This document shows positions 9,573-22,692 of a DNA stretch of 64,000 nt, in pieces. A model generated the notes under the pieces. The model did not search any database, was not told where the DNA came from, and was given only the letters and a program-made list of their open reading frames with translations. The DNA is from an uncultured bacterium (GTDB taxonomy: Bacteria > Zixibacteria > MSB-5A5 > CAIYYT01): assembly GCA_963726455.1 (NCBI GenBank), contig CAVSCK010000005.1, positions 352,001-416,000 of the forward strand, read 5' to 3'. Position 1 is the stretch's first letter, and every line of letters starts with the position of its first letter. The position numbers were made by a program, and so were the translations under genes.

Positions 9573-10262
9573 ATGAGTGAGAAAACTTCGAACGAAATTC
9601 TAGTACAGGTCAGAAACGTCAGCAAGTCATACTATCGTGATTCGCTGGAAATTCCGGTGTTGCACAATATCAGTTTCGATATACCGCGCGGTGAATTTCT
9701 GGCGTTGATGGGACCATCCGGTTCTGGCAAGACGACCCTGTTGAATCTGCTTTCCGGAATCGACAAGCCAAGTTCGGGCGATTTAGTCGTCGGCGGCGAG
9801 AATGTCTCCAGACTGAACGAAGGGCAACTGGCGAGATGGCGCTCCGAACATATCGGGCTGGTGTTTCAGTTCTACAACCTGCTGCCGGTGCTGACGGCGT
9901 TCGAGAATGTCGAGTTACCGTTGTTGCTCACCAAATTGAGTAAAGCGGAGCGGCGTAAACATGTGGAGACAGCGCTGGCGATCGTTGGTTTGGCGGACCG
10001 CATTGATCATTATCCAAGGCAACTTTCGGGCGGACAGGAACAACGAGTGGCGATTGCGCGGGCAATAGTGTCCGATCCGACGCTCCTGCTGGCAGACGAG
10101 CCGACCGGTGATTTGGACAAGCAATCGGCTGAAGATATCATGACGCTGTTGTCGCGGCTGAATAAAGAATTCGATAAGACCATTATCATGGTGACACACG
10201 ATCCGCGTGCCGCCGACAAAGCACATTTGATTCGCCATCTCGACAAGGGAGAACTTGCCTGA
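9573..10262 (+). CDS. ABC transporter ATP-binding protein (LolD/MacB type)
   Basis: GPSGSGKT, LSGGQEQR, LLADEPTG, VTHD. Confidence 0.96.
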   Translation: MSEKTSNEILVQVRNVSKSYYRDSLEIPVLHNISFDIPRGEFLALMGPSGSGKTTLLNLLSGIDKPSSGDLVVGGENVSRLNEGQLARWRSEHIGLVFQFYNLLPVLTAFENVELPLLLTKLSKAERRKHVETALAIVGLADRIDHYPRQLSGGQEQRVAIARAIVSDPTLLLADEPTGDLDKQSAEDIMTLLSRLNKEFDKTIIMVTHDPRAADKAHLIRHLDKGELA

Positions 10263-11419
10263 TGATGGTCTTTCGCCTGATTATCAGGAATGCGCTGCGG
10301 CACAAACTGCGGACGTTTCTGACGATTCTCGGAGTAGCGGTAGCGGTAATGGCGTTTGGCCTGATTCGGACAATTCTGGCCGCCTGGTACAGCCAGGTAG
10401 AATCGTCCTCGCCCGATCGTCTGGTAACGCGAAACTTAGTGTCGATCATTTTCCCACTGCCGTTGTCATACCGCGAACAGATCCTGAAAATCGACGGTGT
10501 CAAGCAGGTTACATACGCAAACTGGTTTGGCGGGACGTACATCAACCCCGACAATTTCTTCCCCCAATTTGCGGTCGATAAGGACACCTATTTTGAAGTG
10601 TTTCCCGAGTTCGTGACTCCGCCGGATCAATTCGAGGCGTGGAAGAACGATCTGCGCGGCGCGATCGCCGGCCGAAAACTGGCGGATCGGTTCGGTTGGA
10701 AGGTTGGCGATCACATCACGCTGATCGGAACCGTATTCTCAGGCGACTGGGATTTCGACCTCGTGGGAATTTACACCGGCAAGGACCAGACGATTGACGA
10801 AGGCAGCATGTTCATACGCTGGGATTACATGGATGAATGGATTAAGAAGAACTGGCCGGGTTATGGGGCGTGGGTCGGCTGGTATGGCCTCAAGTTGAGC
10901 GATCCCGGCAAGGCGACTGAGGTGACCAAGACAATTGACGCGCGCTTTAAGAACTCCTCCTCAGAAACGCTTACTGAGACGGAGAAGGCGTTCGCGCTGA
11001 GTTTCGTGCAGATGTCGGGCGAAATACTGGTGCTGCTGCAGGTGATGTCGGTTCTGATCATCGGGATTATTCTGATGGTGCTGGTTAACACGATGGGAAT
11101 GGCGGGCCGCGAGCGCACAGCGGAACATGCCTATATGAAATCGATGGGTTTTCGCGGGTTCCACCTGATCGGAATAATCGGCGGCGAGTCATTATTGATT
11201 GCTGCGCTTGGTGGCGGCCTGGGGTTGCTGCTGCTGGCGGGTGTAACGAACATCGTGAAATCAGCGGTGGCCATGTGGTTCCCGGTGTTTAATGTCACCT
11301 TGGCAACCTTCGTGCTGGTGGTCACGGTGGCTATCGTGGTTGGATTGTTGGCGGCCATCTTCCCGGCGCAACGAGCCGTGCGGATGAAGATCGTCGATGG
11401 ATTAAGAGTAGTTGACTGA
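10262..11419 (+). CDS. ABC permease, MacB/FtsX type
   Basis: RNALRHKLRTFLT N-terminus, periplasmic domain, three C-terminal TMs. Confidence 0.92.
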   Translation: MMVFRLIIRNALRHKLRTFLTILGVAVAVMAFGLIRTILAAWYSQVESSSPDRLVTRNLVSIIFPLPLSYREQILKIDGVKQVTYANWFGGTYINPDNFFPQFAVDKDTYFEVFPEFVTPPDQFEAWKNDLRGAIAGRKLADRFGWKVGDHITLIGTVFSGDWDFDLVGIYTGKDQTIDEGSMFIRWDYMDEWIKKNWPGYGAWVGWYGLKLSDPGKATEVTKTIDARFKNSSSETLTETEKAFALSFVQMSGEILVLLQVMSVLIIGIILMVLVNTMGMAGRERTAEHAYMKSMGFRGFHLIGIIGGESLLIAALGGGLGLLLLAGVTNIVKSAVAMWFPVFNVTLATFVLVVTVAIVVGLLAAIFPAQRAVRMKIVDGLRVVD

Positions 11420-11429
11420 GGGATAATTC

Positions 11430-12593
11430 GTGATACCGGCAAGCTATACATTCAGGAATCTGTGGAATCATAAGGTAACGTCGGCGCTGACGCTCTTCGG
11501 CATTACGCTGGTTGTATTTGTATTCGCGGCAGTTCTGATGCTGGCGGATGGAATGATCAAGACGCTGGTGTCATCGGGAGCCGACGACAACGTGATAGTG
11601 ACACGTAAGGCCTCGCAGACGGAAGTCATGTCGGTGTTATTTCGCGATCAGGCGGATATAGTCAGCACTTACCCGGAAATCAAGACCGGCGCCGATGGGC
11701 TGCCGATGTATACCAATGAGCTATACGTGCTGATCGCACTGGACAAACGAACCGGTGTGGGCAATTCCAACGTAGTCGTGCGGGGAGTGACCGACCAGTC
11801 GATGGCGCTGCGACCAAACGTGCACCTGATCGAAGGACGGATGTGGAAGCCGGGCACGGCCGAGGTTATTGCCGGCAAAGCGGTCGCGAAGAAATTCAAA
11901 GGTTGTGGCCTTGGAGAAACGGTCAGGTTCAGTTCGCGTGATTGGACGGTGGTCGGGATATTTGACGCCGGCGGATCGGCGTTCGACTCGGAAATCTGGG
12001 GCGACATCGACCAGATGATGGACGCTTTTCGACGCCCGGTTTATTCCTCGGTGACCTTCAAGCTGGCGGATGCGACGAAGTTTGATGCGGTCAAGCAGCG
12101 TGTTGAAGGCGACCGGCGTCTGTCTTTGGATGTCAAACATGAGAAAGAATATTATGCCGATCAGTCGCGCAGCACGACGAGCTTCATTAAGATCGTGGGC
12201 ATGGTGATTTGTATTGTCTTCAGTTTCGGCGCGATCATCGGCGCGATGATCACGATGTATGCCGCGGTGGCAAAACGCACCAAGGAAATCGGGACTTTGC
12301 GGTCGCTCGGATTTTCGCGCTCGGCCATTCTCAATACATTCCTCTTTGAGTCGATAGTCATAGCTATCGTCGGCGGCGTACTGGGGCTGGTCGCCGCATC
12401 GTTTCTGGACCTGATTACGATTTCCACGACGAATTTCAACACCATGTCGGAACTGGCCTTCAACTTCAGTATGACGGTTCGGACGGCGATGTTTTCGATG
12501 GTGTTTGCGCTGCTCATGGGAATCGTGGGCGGGTTCCTGCCGGCGGTGCGTGCTTCACGCTTCAAGATCGTCGACGCCTTGCGCGCGACTTAA
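11430..12593 (+). CDS. ABC permease, MacB/FtsX type
   Basis: RTKEIGTLRSLGF motif, four-TM layout. Confidence 0.92.
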   Translation: MIPASYTFRNLWNHKVTSALTLFGITLVVFVFAAVLMLADGMIKTLVSSGADDNVIVTRKASQTEVMSVLFRDQADIVSTYPEIKTGADGLPMYTNELYVLIALDKRTGVGNSNVVVRGVTDQSMALRPNVHLIEGRMWKPGTAEVIAGKAVAKKFKGCGLGETVRFSSRDWTVVGIFDAGGSAFDSEIWGDIDQMMDAFRRPVYSSVTFKLADATKFDAVKQRVEGDRRLSLDVKHEKEYYADQSRSTTSFIKIVGMVICIVFSFGAIIGAMITMYAAVAKRTKEIGTLRSLGFSRSAILNTFLFESIVIAIVGGVLGLVAASFLDLITISTTNFNTMSELAFNFSMTVRTAMFSMVFALLMGIVGGFLPAVRASRFKIVDALRAT

Positions 12594-12712
12594 GCCATCA
12601 CGGGGGCGACTTTAGACCGTATCTCTGAAGATGAGCGTTTTCAATTCGTTCCGTCTAACATTCAAAGCTGTCATGCCGATATCAAGACTATGACTCAAAC
12701 TCAGGAGTAACT

Positions 12713-14899
<2,187 letters not shown>

Positions 14900-15571
14900 C
14901 CAGCAAGCGCGATATCATCGACCGGGCGTGCGTCGCAGGCCAGTATAGTTTGTCGCAACGCGGACAATAGAAGATGCGGGGCTGCGTATCGGCGACGAAT
15001 TTCCACAACCTGTCGCGGAATTTCTCCTTATCAGCTTTCTCAAGTAGCTCGTTGCATTCCAGACAGCGAGTCAAGAAGTTACCGGCTTCAAGCTGCAATC
15101 CAAAGGCCGTCACGACGGAACGGAATTGCTCGAACGGATCGTCAGCGGCCAAGTGAAAGAACTGATCGGCCAATCGTAATTCGCCAAATTGGGAATTACG
15201 AGATAAGATCATGCGGTTTTCCTCTTTGGAGATACTCAGTACCGCCGACAGGTCGTCCTTCTTGACGTAAGCGGTGTCGAATCCCGCCATTCGCAGAAAG
15301 CGTGCGAGTTTGCCGACCGTGCTATCACAGACGAAACGCATAAACCACTTGAGATTAGTGCCATACCTGCTATGTTGTTTAAGTAAATGTACGGAAGGTG
15401 ATTCTGGTGTCAAGGAGCCAGATGTTCCGCGCTATGGTGTTTTTGGCCGACGCGAAAATGAACACAAAGAGTCACGCAAGATTTCCTATGTGATCGTACA
15501 CCTTAGAGGCGTTAGAAGAGATAGAGTTGTGTTCGAACTTCGAACGAAAAGACTGGGTTGATTGATACTCC

Positions 15572-17410
15572 GTGGCTAATCTGAATCCGTTTGCGCGACA
15601 ACAGACTATACTGAAATACTACCGCAAGTATCGCGCCTATTACATTTGGGGCTTCCTGGTGCTGGCCGGATCAAGCGGCTTAGCTGTGCTGGCTCCGTTG
15701 CTGCTCAAGGAAGGTGTCGATGCGGTGACCTTTATCGTGACGGCAGGCGCCGGCAGTTTCCGCCCAAAGCTTCTGTGGTATCCTGACGTAGCGATCTATA
15801 GTGCGCTGTCCGACGCAGTCAAATCCCTGTTGTTGAAATACGCTTTGGCGATCATCGTCCTGGCGGCAATCTCAGGTGTGTTCCGTTTCTGGGCACGGCG
15901 GACAATCATCTGGGGATCGCGGCACATCGAGTACGACTTGCGCAATGAGTTGTTCGGGCACCTGCTCAAATTGTCGGCGACCTACTACAACCGCACTCCC
16001 ACCGGTGACATCATTGCCAGAGGATCTAACGACATCGAAGCCGTGCGAATGATGGTCGGCCCGGCAATTATGCAGTTTGCGAACACGATTATCATTGCCT
16101 TACTGGCATTCGTGTCGATGGTGATTATCTCGCCCCGCTTGACCCTGTATTCCCTGCTGCCACTGCCGCTATTATCGCTAACCATGTGGCTGGTCGGGCA
16201 ACAGATACACCGGCGGTTCATGAAGATTCAGGATCATTTCTCCAAAATGTCGGCCTTCGTTCAGGAATCGTTGGCGGGAATCAGGGTGGTCAAGGCGTTT
16301 AGGCGTGAAGCGCATCGCGAGGATCGATTCAAGGATGTCAACCGCGAGTATGTGCGGCTGAACATGAGACTGGCAAAACTCAGGGCGCTGTTTATGCCGA
16401 CGATTCAGATTCTGATCGGCATGGTGACGTTGATTGTGTTGCTTGCGGGAGGATACCAGGTTATCCACAAGTCGATCACGCTGGGCGAATTCGTGGCGTT
16501 CATGGTGTATCTGCGGATGTTGATTTGGCCGATGCTGGCGATCGGCTGGGTGATTTCACTTTATCAACGCGGCACGGCATCACTGGAACGTATCGACGCA
16601 GTGTTGCACGAAGTGCCGGATGTTTTCGATGGCGCGCAACTTGCGAAAGCGGTTGGTGAGGGCGCGATCCGCTACGAACACCTTTCGTTTACCTACCCGA
16701 ACACAGAGCGCCAGGTACTGCATGATATCAACTTCGAAATCGAGCCGGGCGAGATTGTGGCCATCGTTGGGCCGACGGGATCGGGCAAGTCGACTTTGAT
16801 TTCGCTGCTGGTGCGCAAGTATCCGGTGGCAGATGGCGCGATATTTATCGATGGAACCGACGTCAACCGGATGGCGCTTGATGATCTGCGGACGATGGTC
16901 GGGCTGGTGGCGCAGGACCCCTATTTGTTTTCCGATACGGTAGCGGCGAACATTGCGTTCTCGCAAGGCGAGATTGACCAACGAGCCGTGCACGATGCCG
17001 CAGTCAGGTCGGCGCTGGACAAGGAGGTTGATTCGTTCCCGAACGGCTACGATACGATACTCGGTGAGCGCGGAATAACATTGTCGGGCGGCCAGAAACA
17101 ACGGGCCGCAATTGCCCGGGCGCTATTGAAGAAACCGGCGATCATTGTTTTCGACGATGCGTTTTCGTCGGTCGATACGCAGACGGAGGAACTGATACTG
17201 GAGCATCTATCGTCTCTCGATCACAAAATGACAACGCTTCTCATAAGCCATCGTCCCTCCACCATCCGGCGCGCCGATCGAATTCTGGTTCTTGACCGCG
17301 GCACGATTGTCGAGTCGGGCACACACGACGAGTTGATTGCGCGCCAGGGTCGGTACTACGAGATCATCCGCCGCGAACTTCTGGCCAGTGAATTGGAGTC
17401 GTTGAACTAG
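15572..17410 (+). CDS. ABC exporter half transporter (MdlA/YheI-like)
   Basis: TMD plus GPTGSGKS, LSGGQKQR, degenerate Walker B VFDD. Confidence 0.93.
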   Translation: MANLNPFARQQTILKYYRKYRAYYIWGFLVLAGSSGLAVLAPLLLKEGVDAVTFIVTAGAGSFRPKLLWYPDVAIYSALSDAVKSLLLKYALAIIVLAAISGVFRFWARRTIIWGSRHIEYDLRNELFGHLLKLSATYYNRTPTGDIIARGSNDIEAVRMMVGPAIMQFANTIIIALLAFVSMVIISPRLTLYSLLPLPLLSLTMWLVGQQIHRRFMKIQDHFSKMSAFVQESLAGIRVVKAFRREAHREDRFKDVNREYVRLNMRLAKLRALFMPTIQILIGMVTLIVLLAGGYQVIHKSITLGEFVAFMVYLRMLIWPMLAIGWVISLYQRGTASLERIDAVLHEVPDVFDGAQLAKAVGEGAIRYEHLSFTYPNTERQVLHDINFEIEPGEIVAIVGPTGSGKSTLISLLVRKYPVADGAIFIDGTDVNRMALDDLRTMVGLVAQDPYLFSDTVAANIAFSQGEIDQRAVHDAAVRSALDKEVDSFPNGYDTILGERGITLSGGQKQRAAIARALLKKPAIIVFDDAFSSVDTQTEELILEHLSSLDHKMTTLLISHRPSTIRRADRILVLDRGTIVESGTHDELIARQGRYYEIIRRELLASELESLN

Positions 17411-17412
17411 CT

Positions 17413-19191
17413 ATGAGTGACTACCGCGAAGAAGACAAGCTCGGCAAGGCGTACGATTCCAAGTTGATGAAGCGGCTGCTGACCTATCTGGGGCCGTACC
17501 GCAAGTTCGTCGCGCTCGCACTCGTTCTGCTGTTGATCAGCGCCGCCTTTGGACTCGCGGGGCCGTACCTGCTCAAGATTGCGGTCGACAGTAATATCGC
17601 CACGGGCGATTACGACGGCCTGCTGTTGATCGGGGGAATTTACTTGCTCGTGCTGTTCGTGCAATTCGTCGCGGGATTCAGCCAGATCTACATCATGGAG
17701 TGGATCGGGCAACAGGCGATGTTCGATTTGCGGCGGCAGGTGTTTGGCCACATTCAGTCGATGCATCTGCAATTTTTCGACAAGAATCCTTCCGGCAGAC
17801 TGCTCACCCGAGTGACCACAGATGTCAACGCGTTGAATGAATTGTTTGCCTCGGGAGTAGTGGAAATACTCGGCAATATCGTAACGCTGGCCGGAGTGAT
17901 GTTCGCGATGTATTACATCTCACCGCGATTGGCGCTGATCACGTTTCTGGTAATTCCACTTATTTTCACGGCCACGATGATATTTCGCAACAAAGTGAGA
18001 GACGCCTATCGGCAAATCAGAATCATCATTGCCAGACTGAATGCGTACACGCAGGAGCATCTGGCGGGCATTAACGAAGTCCACGCCTTCGTGCAGGAGA
18101 AGAAGGTGATGGGACGGTTCCGCGATATCAACGGCGACTTGCGCGCGCAAAACCAGCGATCGATCTATTACTACGCCATCTTCTTCCCGGTGGTGGAATT
18201 GATCGGCGCAGTGGCGACCGCGTTGATTCTGTGGTACGGCGGCGGATCCGTAGTGCAGCAGGCGGTGAGTATCGGTACACTGGTGGCGTTCCTGCAATAC
18301 GTGGAAATGTTTTTCCGTCCGATGCGCGATCTCGCAGAAAACTATAACGTGCTGCAATCGGCGATGGCGGCGTCCGAGCGAATCTTCAAGGTGTTGGACA
18401 CACAAGCCGAAGTGACAGCGCCGGCAGAACCAAAGTCGCTGAATGGCTTCGCGGGCAATATCGATTTTGAGCAGGTCAATTTCTCGTACGATAAAGACAA
18501 CCGGATATTGCATGACATCAATTTCCGGGTCAGGCCGGGCGAAAAGATAGCGCTCGTCGGCGCAACCGGCGCAGGCAAGAGTTCGACTGTGGGACTGTTG
18601 TGCAGGTTCTATGACGCGGGGTCGGGCAAAATCAAGTTAGATGGCATCGATATTGACGAGCTTGATCCGAAGGAATTGCGTAACCATTTCGGATTGGTTT
18701 CGCAGGATATCTTCTTATTCTCAGGCACTATCAGAGATAATATCTCGCTGGGGGCCGAGGATATTACGGAGGCACAGGTAAAGAAGGCAGCGGAACAGGT
18801 TGGACTGTGGCCGTTCATTAACCGGTTGGAGCGCGGCCTGGATCACAATGTCGGCGAACGCGGCAGTTCGCTGTCGGTTGGACAGCGCCAGTTGATCAGT
18901 TTTGCGCGGGCATTGGTGCGCAATCCGAAGGTGCTGATTCTGGACGAGGCAACGTCATCGGTGGATAATGAGACCGAACAGGTCATCCAGCAGGCAGTCA
19001 AGAAGATGTTCGAGGGAAGAACTTCGGTGATCGTGGCACATCGCCTTTCGACGATCAAGGAAGCGGACAAGATATTGGTGTTTCATAAGGGGCGGATCGT
19101 CGAAGAAGGCAGACACGAGGAATTGTTGCGCCAGCGTGGTGTCTACTGGAGATTGTACCAGCTTCAGTATCAGGATCAGGAGGTGGTGTGA
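17413..19191 (+). CDS. ABC exporter half transporter (MdlB/YheH-like)
   Basis: TMD plus GATGAGKS, LSVGQRQ, ILDEATS; heterodimer partner of the upstream gene. Confidence 0.93.
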   Translation: MSDYREEDKLGKAYDSKLMKRLLTYLGPYRKFVALALVLLLISAAFGLAGPYLLKIAVDSNIATGDYDGLLLIGGIYLLVLFVQFVAGFSQIYIMEWIGQQAMFDLRRQVFGHIQSMHLQFFDKNPSGRLLTRVTTDVNALNELFASGVVEILGNIVTLAGVMFAMYYISPRLALITFLVIPLIFTATMIFRNKVRDAYRQIRIIIARLNAYTQEHLAGINEVHAFVQEKKVMGRFRDINGDLRAQNQRSIYYYAIFFPVVELIGAVATALILWYGGGSVVQQAVSIGTLVAFLQYVEMFFRPMRDLAENYNVLQSAMAASERIFKVLDTQAEVTAPAEPKSLNGFAGNIDFEQVNFSYDKDNRILHDINFRVRPGEKIALVGATGAGKSSTVGLLCRFYDAGSGKIKLDGIDIDELDPKELRNHFGLVSQDIFLFSGTIRDNISLGAEDITEAQVKKAAEQVGLWPFINRLERGLDHNVGERGSSLSVGQRQLISFARALVRNPKVLILDEATSSVDNETEQVIQQAVKKMFEGRTSVIVAHRLSTIKEADKILVFHKGRIVEEGRHEELLRQRGVYWRLYQLQYQDQEVV

Positions 19192-20000
19192 AGATCGGCA
19201 TTACAGATAGGCGACACGTTGCGCGGTTGCTTCCGGAAGTGATCGACACAGCTGCGGCTGCGGGCAAGCTGTTGATGAAGAATGTGAATCGGCGTCGGCA
19301 GGTTGAATTCAAGGGCAAGGTCGATCTCGTGACCGAAATGGATGTCAAGAGCGAGAAGCTGATCGTGGCGCGACTGGGAAAGCTGCTGCCGGAGGCGTCA
19401 TTTCTGACTGAGGAAGGAAGTGAAGCTGAGGGGAATTCTGTGTGCAAGTGGGTTATCGATCCGCTGGATGGCACGACGAATTATGCGCATCGATTTCCGG
19501 TGTGGTGCGTTTCGATCGCGCTCGAATGGGAAGGCGAAATCGTGCTGGGATGCGTGTACGATCCCAATCGTGATGAATTGTTTGCTGCCGTCGTTGGCAA
19601 GCCGGCCAAGCTGAACGGGAAAGCAGTTCATGTCAGTGATGCCGATGAATTGTGCAATTCCCTGTTGGCGACCGGATTTCCGTATGATATTCAAACCAGC
19701 AACGTGAATAATCTCGATCACTTTGCCAGGTTCGCAGTGACTGCGCGCGGGATCAGGCGAGCCGGATCGGCGGCGCTGGACTTATGCTATTTGGCGACGG
19801 GACGATTCGACGGTTTCTGGGAATTGAAACTTCATCCGTGGGACACGGCGGCTGCGATTTTGATTGTGGCGCAAGCCGGCGGAACGGTCACCAATTTTGA
19901 GGGCGGGCAGTTCTCGATCTACTCCGACAGCATTCTGGCATCGAACGGCAAGATTCACAGACAGATGATGCAGGTGTTGGCACAAAGTCCGACCGACTAA
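19188..20000 (+). CDS. suhB: inositol monophosphatase family protein
   Basis: WVIDPLDGTTNYAH, RRAGSAALDL, WDTAA. Confidence 0.93.
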   Translation: MKIGITDRRHVARLLPEVIDTAAAAGKLLMKNVNRRRQVEFKGKVDLVTEMDVKSEKLIVARLGKLLPEASFLTEEGSEAEGNSVCKWVIDPLDGTTNYAHRFPVWCVSIALEWEGEIVLGCVYDPNRDELFAAVVGKPAKLNGKAVHVSDADELCNSLLATGFPYDIQTSNVNNLDHFARFAVTARGIRRAGSAALDLCYLATGRFDGFWELKLHPWDTAAAILIVAQAGGTVTNFEGGQFSIYSDSILASNGKIHRQMMQVLAQSPTD

Positions 20001-20045
20001 CCAGCTATTTTGTATAAGTCTTGAGGGGAGCGATTGGGAGAGTTG

Positions 20046-20772
20046 TCAGGCCTTTACTTTGCAGGAGGCGACGACGTCTTCCAGTTCTTTGAAGTCAACG
20101 GGCTTGGGAAGAAATTTGCTGACGCCGGATTCCTTGATTCTCTCCAATAGATCATCAGTTGCATACGCGCTGACCATGATGACGGGCAGGTTCGGGTACC
20201 GCTGATGTATTTTGCTGAACAGCGTGATGCCGTCGCCGTCGGGCATTTTGAGGTCGGTGATTACGAGGTCGACGGTGTTGTCTTCGAGAAAGGCCGCCGC
20301 AGAAGATACTGTGCTGGCGGTGTGGACGGAGTTATCCGCGGCTTCGAGGCGTTGTGCCATGCTGGTCAGGAATTCGGTGTTATCATCGATCAAAAGGATG
20401 CGGGTGCGCCTGATTCCCGCAAGCAATCTGCTGATTTCACTTTCAATCGTTCCAATGCGGAACGGTTTGGCGAGGAAACTGTCGGCGCCGCTGGAGAAAG
20501 CGCGATCCTTGATCGTGTCAGTTCCGATGCCGGTAATCAACATGACGGGCAGTTGCTTATTGGATCTTCTTGATTTCTTCGAGCAATTCGATTCCCGACA
20601 TGGCGGGCATGTTGATATCCGAAATCACCAGATCGATTTCTTCACGTTCAAGGACTTCGAGCGCGGTTTTGGCGGATTCAGCGGCATAGGCCTGATAGCC
20701 AATGACAACCAGCGTATCCACCAACAACTCGGTGAGGTTGGGGTCATCGTCTACCACGAGCACTTTGATCAT
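20046..20772 (-). CDS. dual receiver-domain response regulator; apparent +1 frameshift near 20562
   Basis: VLVVDDD..ISDINMP joins LPVMLITG..KPF and a second LLIDD..TDLKMP..KP domain if one base is removed. Confidence 0.85.
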
Positions 20773-20970
20773 ATGTTCCGCCACATTACTATAATCGTTC
20801 ATTTGGCCGGAATCTTTAGCCCCCCGGCAGAGGTGGCACCGTGGAAAAAGCTTTCCCTTTGGGAAAACAGAGTGTTAACTTGCAGCCAGGGTGGAGAATA
20901 GGCGCCCCATTCGAGGCAATTTCATGAATTCCTATACAGAATAGAAGGTTTCAAACCAAGGAGTAGACGG

Positions 20971-22683
20971 ATGAAACAGGCACGTATGGCAGGATGGTTG
21001 TTTATGGCAATCCTGCTGTTGGCTGTAACAGCGCTAACCGCCGCGGAACAGTCACCGCTGGTGACGGCGATGAAGACCGAGCTGGACCGCTCGGTGAAAG
21101 CATACGCGCACGCTGATTCGGTGCCCATGTACTTTCTCAGCTATGAAGTTACGGAGACCGATATGCGCAATTTGAGCGCCTCGTATGGCGCCATTAATAA
21201 CGATGACCATACGCGCAGCCGCATTCTCGATATCGACCTGCGAGTGGGAGACTACCGGATGGACAATACCCGCGAAATTCGGGGCTCTTATGACTACGGA
21301 CGGTTTGGGTTCAATATCACGCAGTTGCCATTGGAAGATGACGACAAAGCGATCCGCACCGCCATTTGGGAAGCCACGGACGGTGAGTACAAGTCGGCGC
21401 TGGAACAATATACCAAGGTCAAGACCAATCAGCAGGTGATGGTGGAGCAGGAAGACACGTCGGCAGATTTTTCGATCGAGAAACCGAACGTATTCATCGG
21501 CGCCACGGCGGCAGAAACGTGCGATTCCACGGCGTGGGAATCGCGCCTGCGGGAGTTGAGCGCCCTGTTCAAAGAGTATCCGTTCGTCGAGAGGTCGAGC
21601 GTCAGTCTCACGGTGACGAATGACAATCGCTATTTCGTGTCGAGCGAAGGCACGTTGATTCAGGAAGGCCAGCCATACATCCGACTCGGGGTGCAGTGCT
21701 CCGGGACGTGCAGTGACGGCATGAGAATTCAGAGATACGAGAGTTTCGACGCGGCGTCGGTCAGCGGACTGCCGGCGGATACCACAGTCATCAAGACCAT
21801 TCATCGGCTGGTCACTGAACTGGAAACGTTGCTGAAGGCACCGCTGGCGGAGCCATACACGGGTCCGGCAATCCTGGTCAACCGCGCCACAGGCGTCTAT
21901 TTCCATGAAATCTTCGGGCACCGCATCGAGGGACACCGGCAGAAATCGGAATCGGAAGGACAGACATTCGCGAAGAAGGTTAACCAGAAGATTCTCCCCG
22001 ATTTTATCAGTGTCTATGATGATCCGACCGAAACTCAGTACAACGGCGAATTCCTGCGTGGGCATTATCAGTATGACGACCAGGGCGTCAAGACTGAGAA
22101 GGTCACGGTGGTCGACGGTGGAGTTCTGAGAAACTTCCTGATGTCGCGGTCGCCCATCAAAGGATTTTCCGAATCGAACGCGCATGGCCGCAAACAAGCG
22201 GGTATGTCGGTGGTATCGCGGCAGGGAAACTTGATTGTTCGTTCGAGCAAGGAAGTGCCGTTCGACTCGCTGCTGGCGCAAATGAGGGACGAGTGCAAGA
22301 AACAGGGCAAGCCCTACGGCTTGATCTTCTACGACATTTCCGGCGGCTTTACCCAGACCGGGCGGTACGGTCCGCAGGCATTCAAGGTCATTCCGCTGCT
22401 GGTGTACAAGTACTACACTGACGGTAGACCGATGGAAGCGATCCGGGGTGTCGACATTGTAGGGACGCCACTGGCGAGTTTCGAGCAGATCGTTGCCACC
22501 GGCAATGACTACGATGTTTTCAACGGCACCTGCGGCGCGGAGTCGGGTTGGGTGCCGGTATCGGCGGTAGCACCCAGTATTCTGGTTGCATCGCTGGAAG
22601 TCGAGAAAAAGTTCAAGGAGCAGCAGAAACCGCCAATTTTGCCGCCTCCATACAAACCTGTCAAAACCAGCGGGCTTTACTAG
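20971..22683 (+). CDS. TldD-like metalloprotease with signal peptide
   Basis: FHEIFGHRIEGH (HExxxH), DDQG, NGTCG; N-terminal signal peptide. Confidence 0.9.
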   Translation: MKQARMAGWLFMAILLLAVTALTAAEQSPLVTAMKTELDRSVKAYAHADSVPMYFLSYEVTETDMRNLSASYGAINNDDHTRSRILDIDLRVGDYRMDNTREIRGSYDYGRFGFNITQLPLEDDDKAIRTAIWEATDGEYKSALEQYTKVKTNQQVMVEQEDTSADFSIEKPNVFIGATAAETCDSTAWESRLRELSALFKEYPFVERSSVSLTVTNDNRYFVSSEGTLIQEGQPYIRLGVQCSGTCSDGMRIQRYESFDAASVSGLPADTTVIKTIHRLVTELETLLKAPLAEPYTGPAILVNRATGVYFHEIFGHRIEGHRQKSESEGQTFAKKVNQKILPDFISVYDDPTETQYNGEFLRGHYQYDDQGVKTEKVTVVDGGVLRNFLMSRSPIKGFSESNAHGRKQAGMSVVSRQGNLIVRSSKEVPFDSLLAQMRDECKKQGKPYGLIFYDISGGFTQTGRYGPQAFKVIPLLVYKYYTDGRPMEAIRGVDIVGTPLASFEQIVATGNDYDVFNGTCGAESGWVPVSAVAPSILVASLEVEKKFKEQQKPPILPPPYKPVKTSGLY

Positions 22684-22692
22684 GTGGAGGCG

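Noticed and set aside
21052-22281. Long antisense ORFs (also 22966-24057, 12701-13498, 26070-26915, 34568-35473, 54098-55183)
   Set aside because: Shadow frames of well-supported GC-rich genes; no motifs or SD
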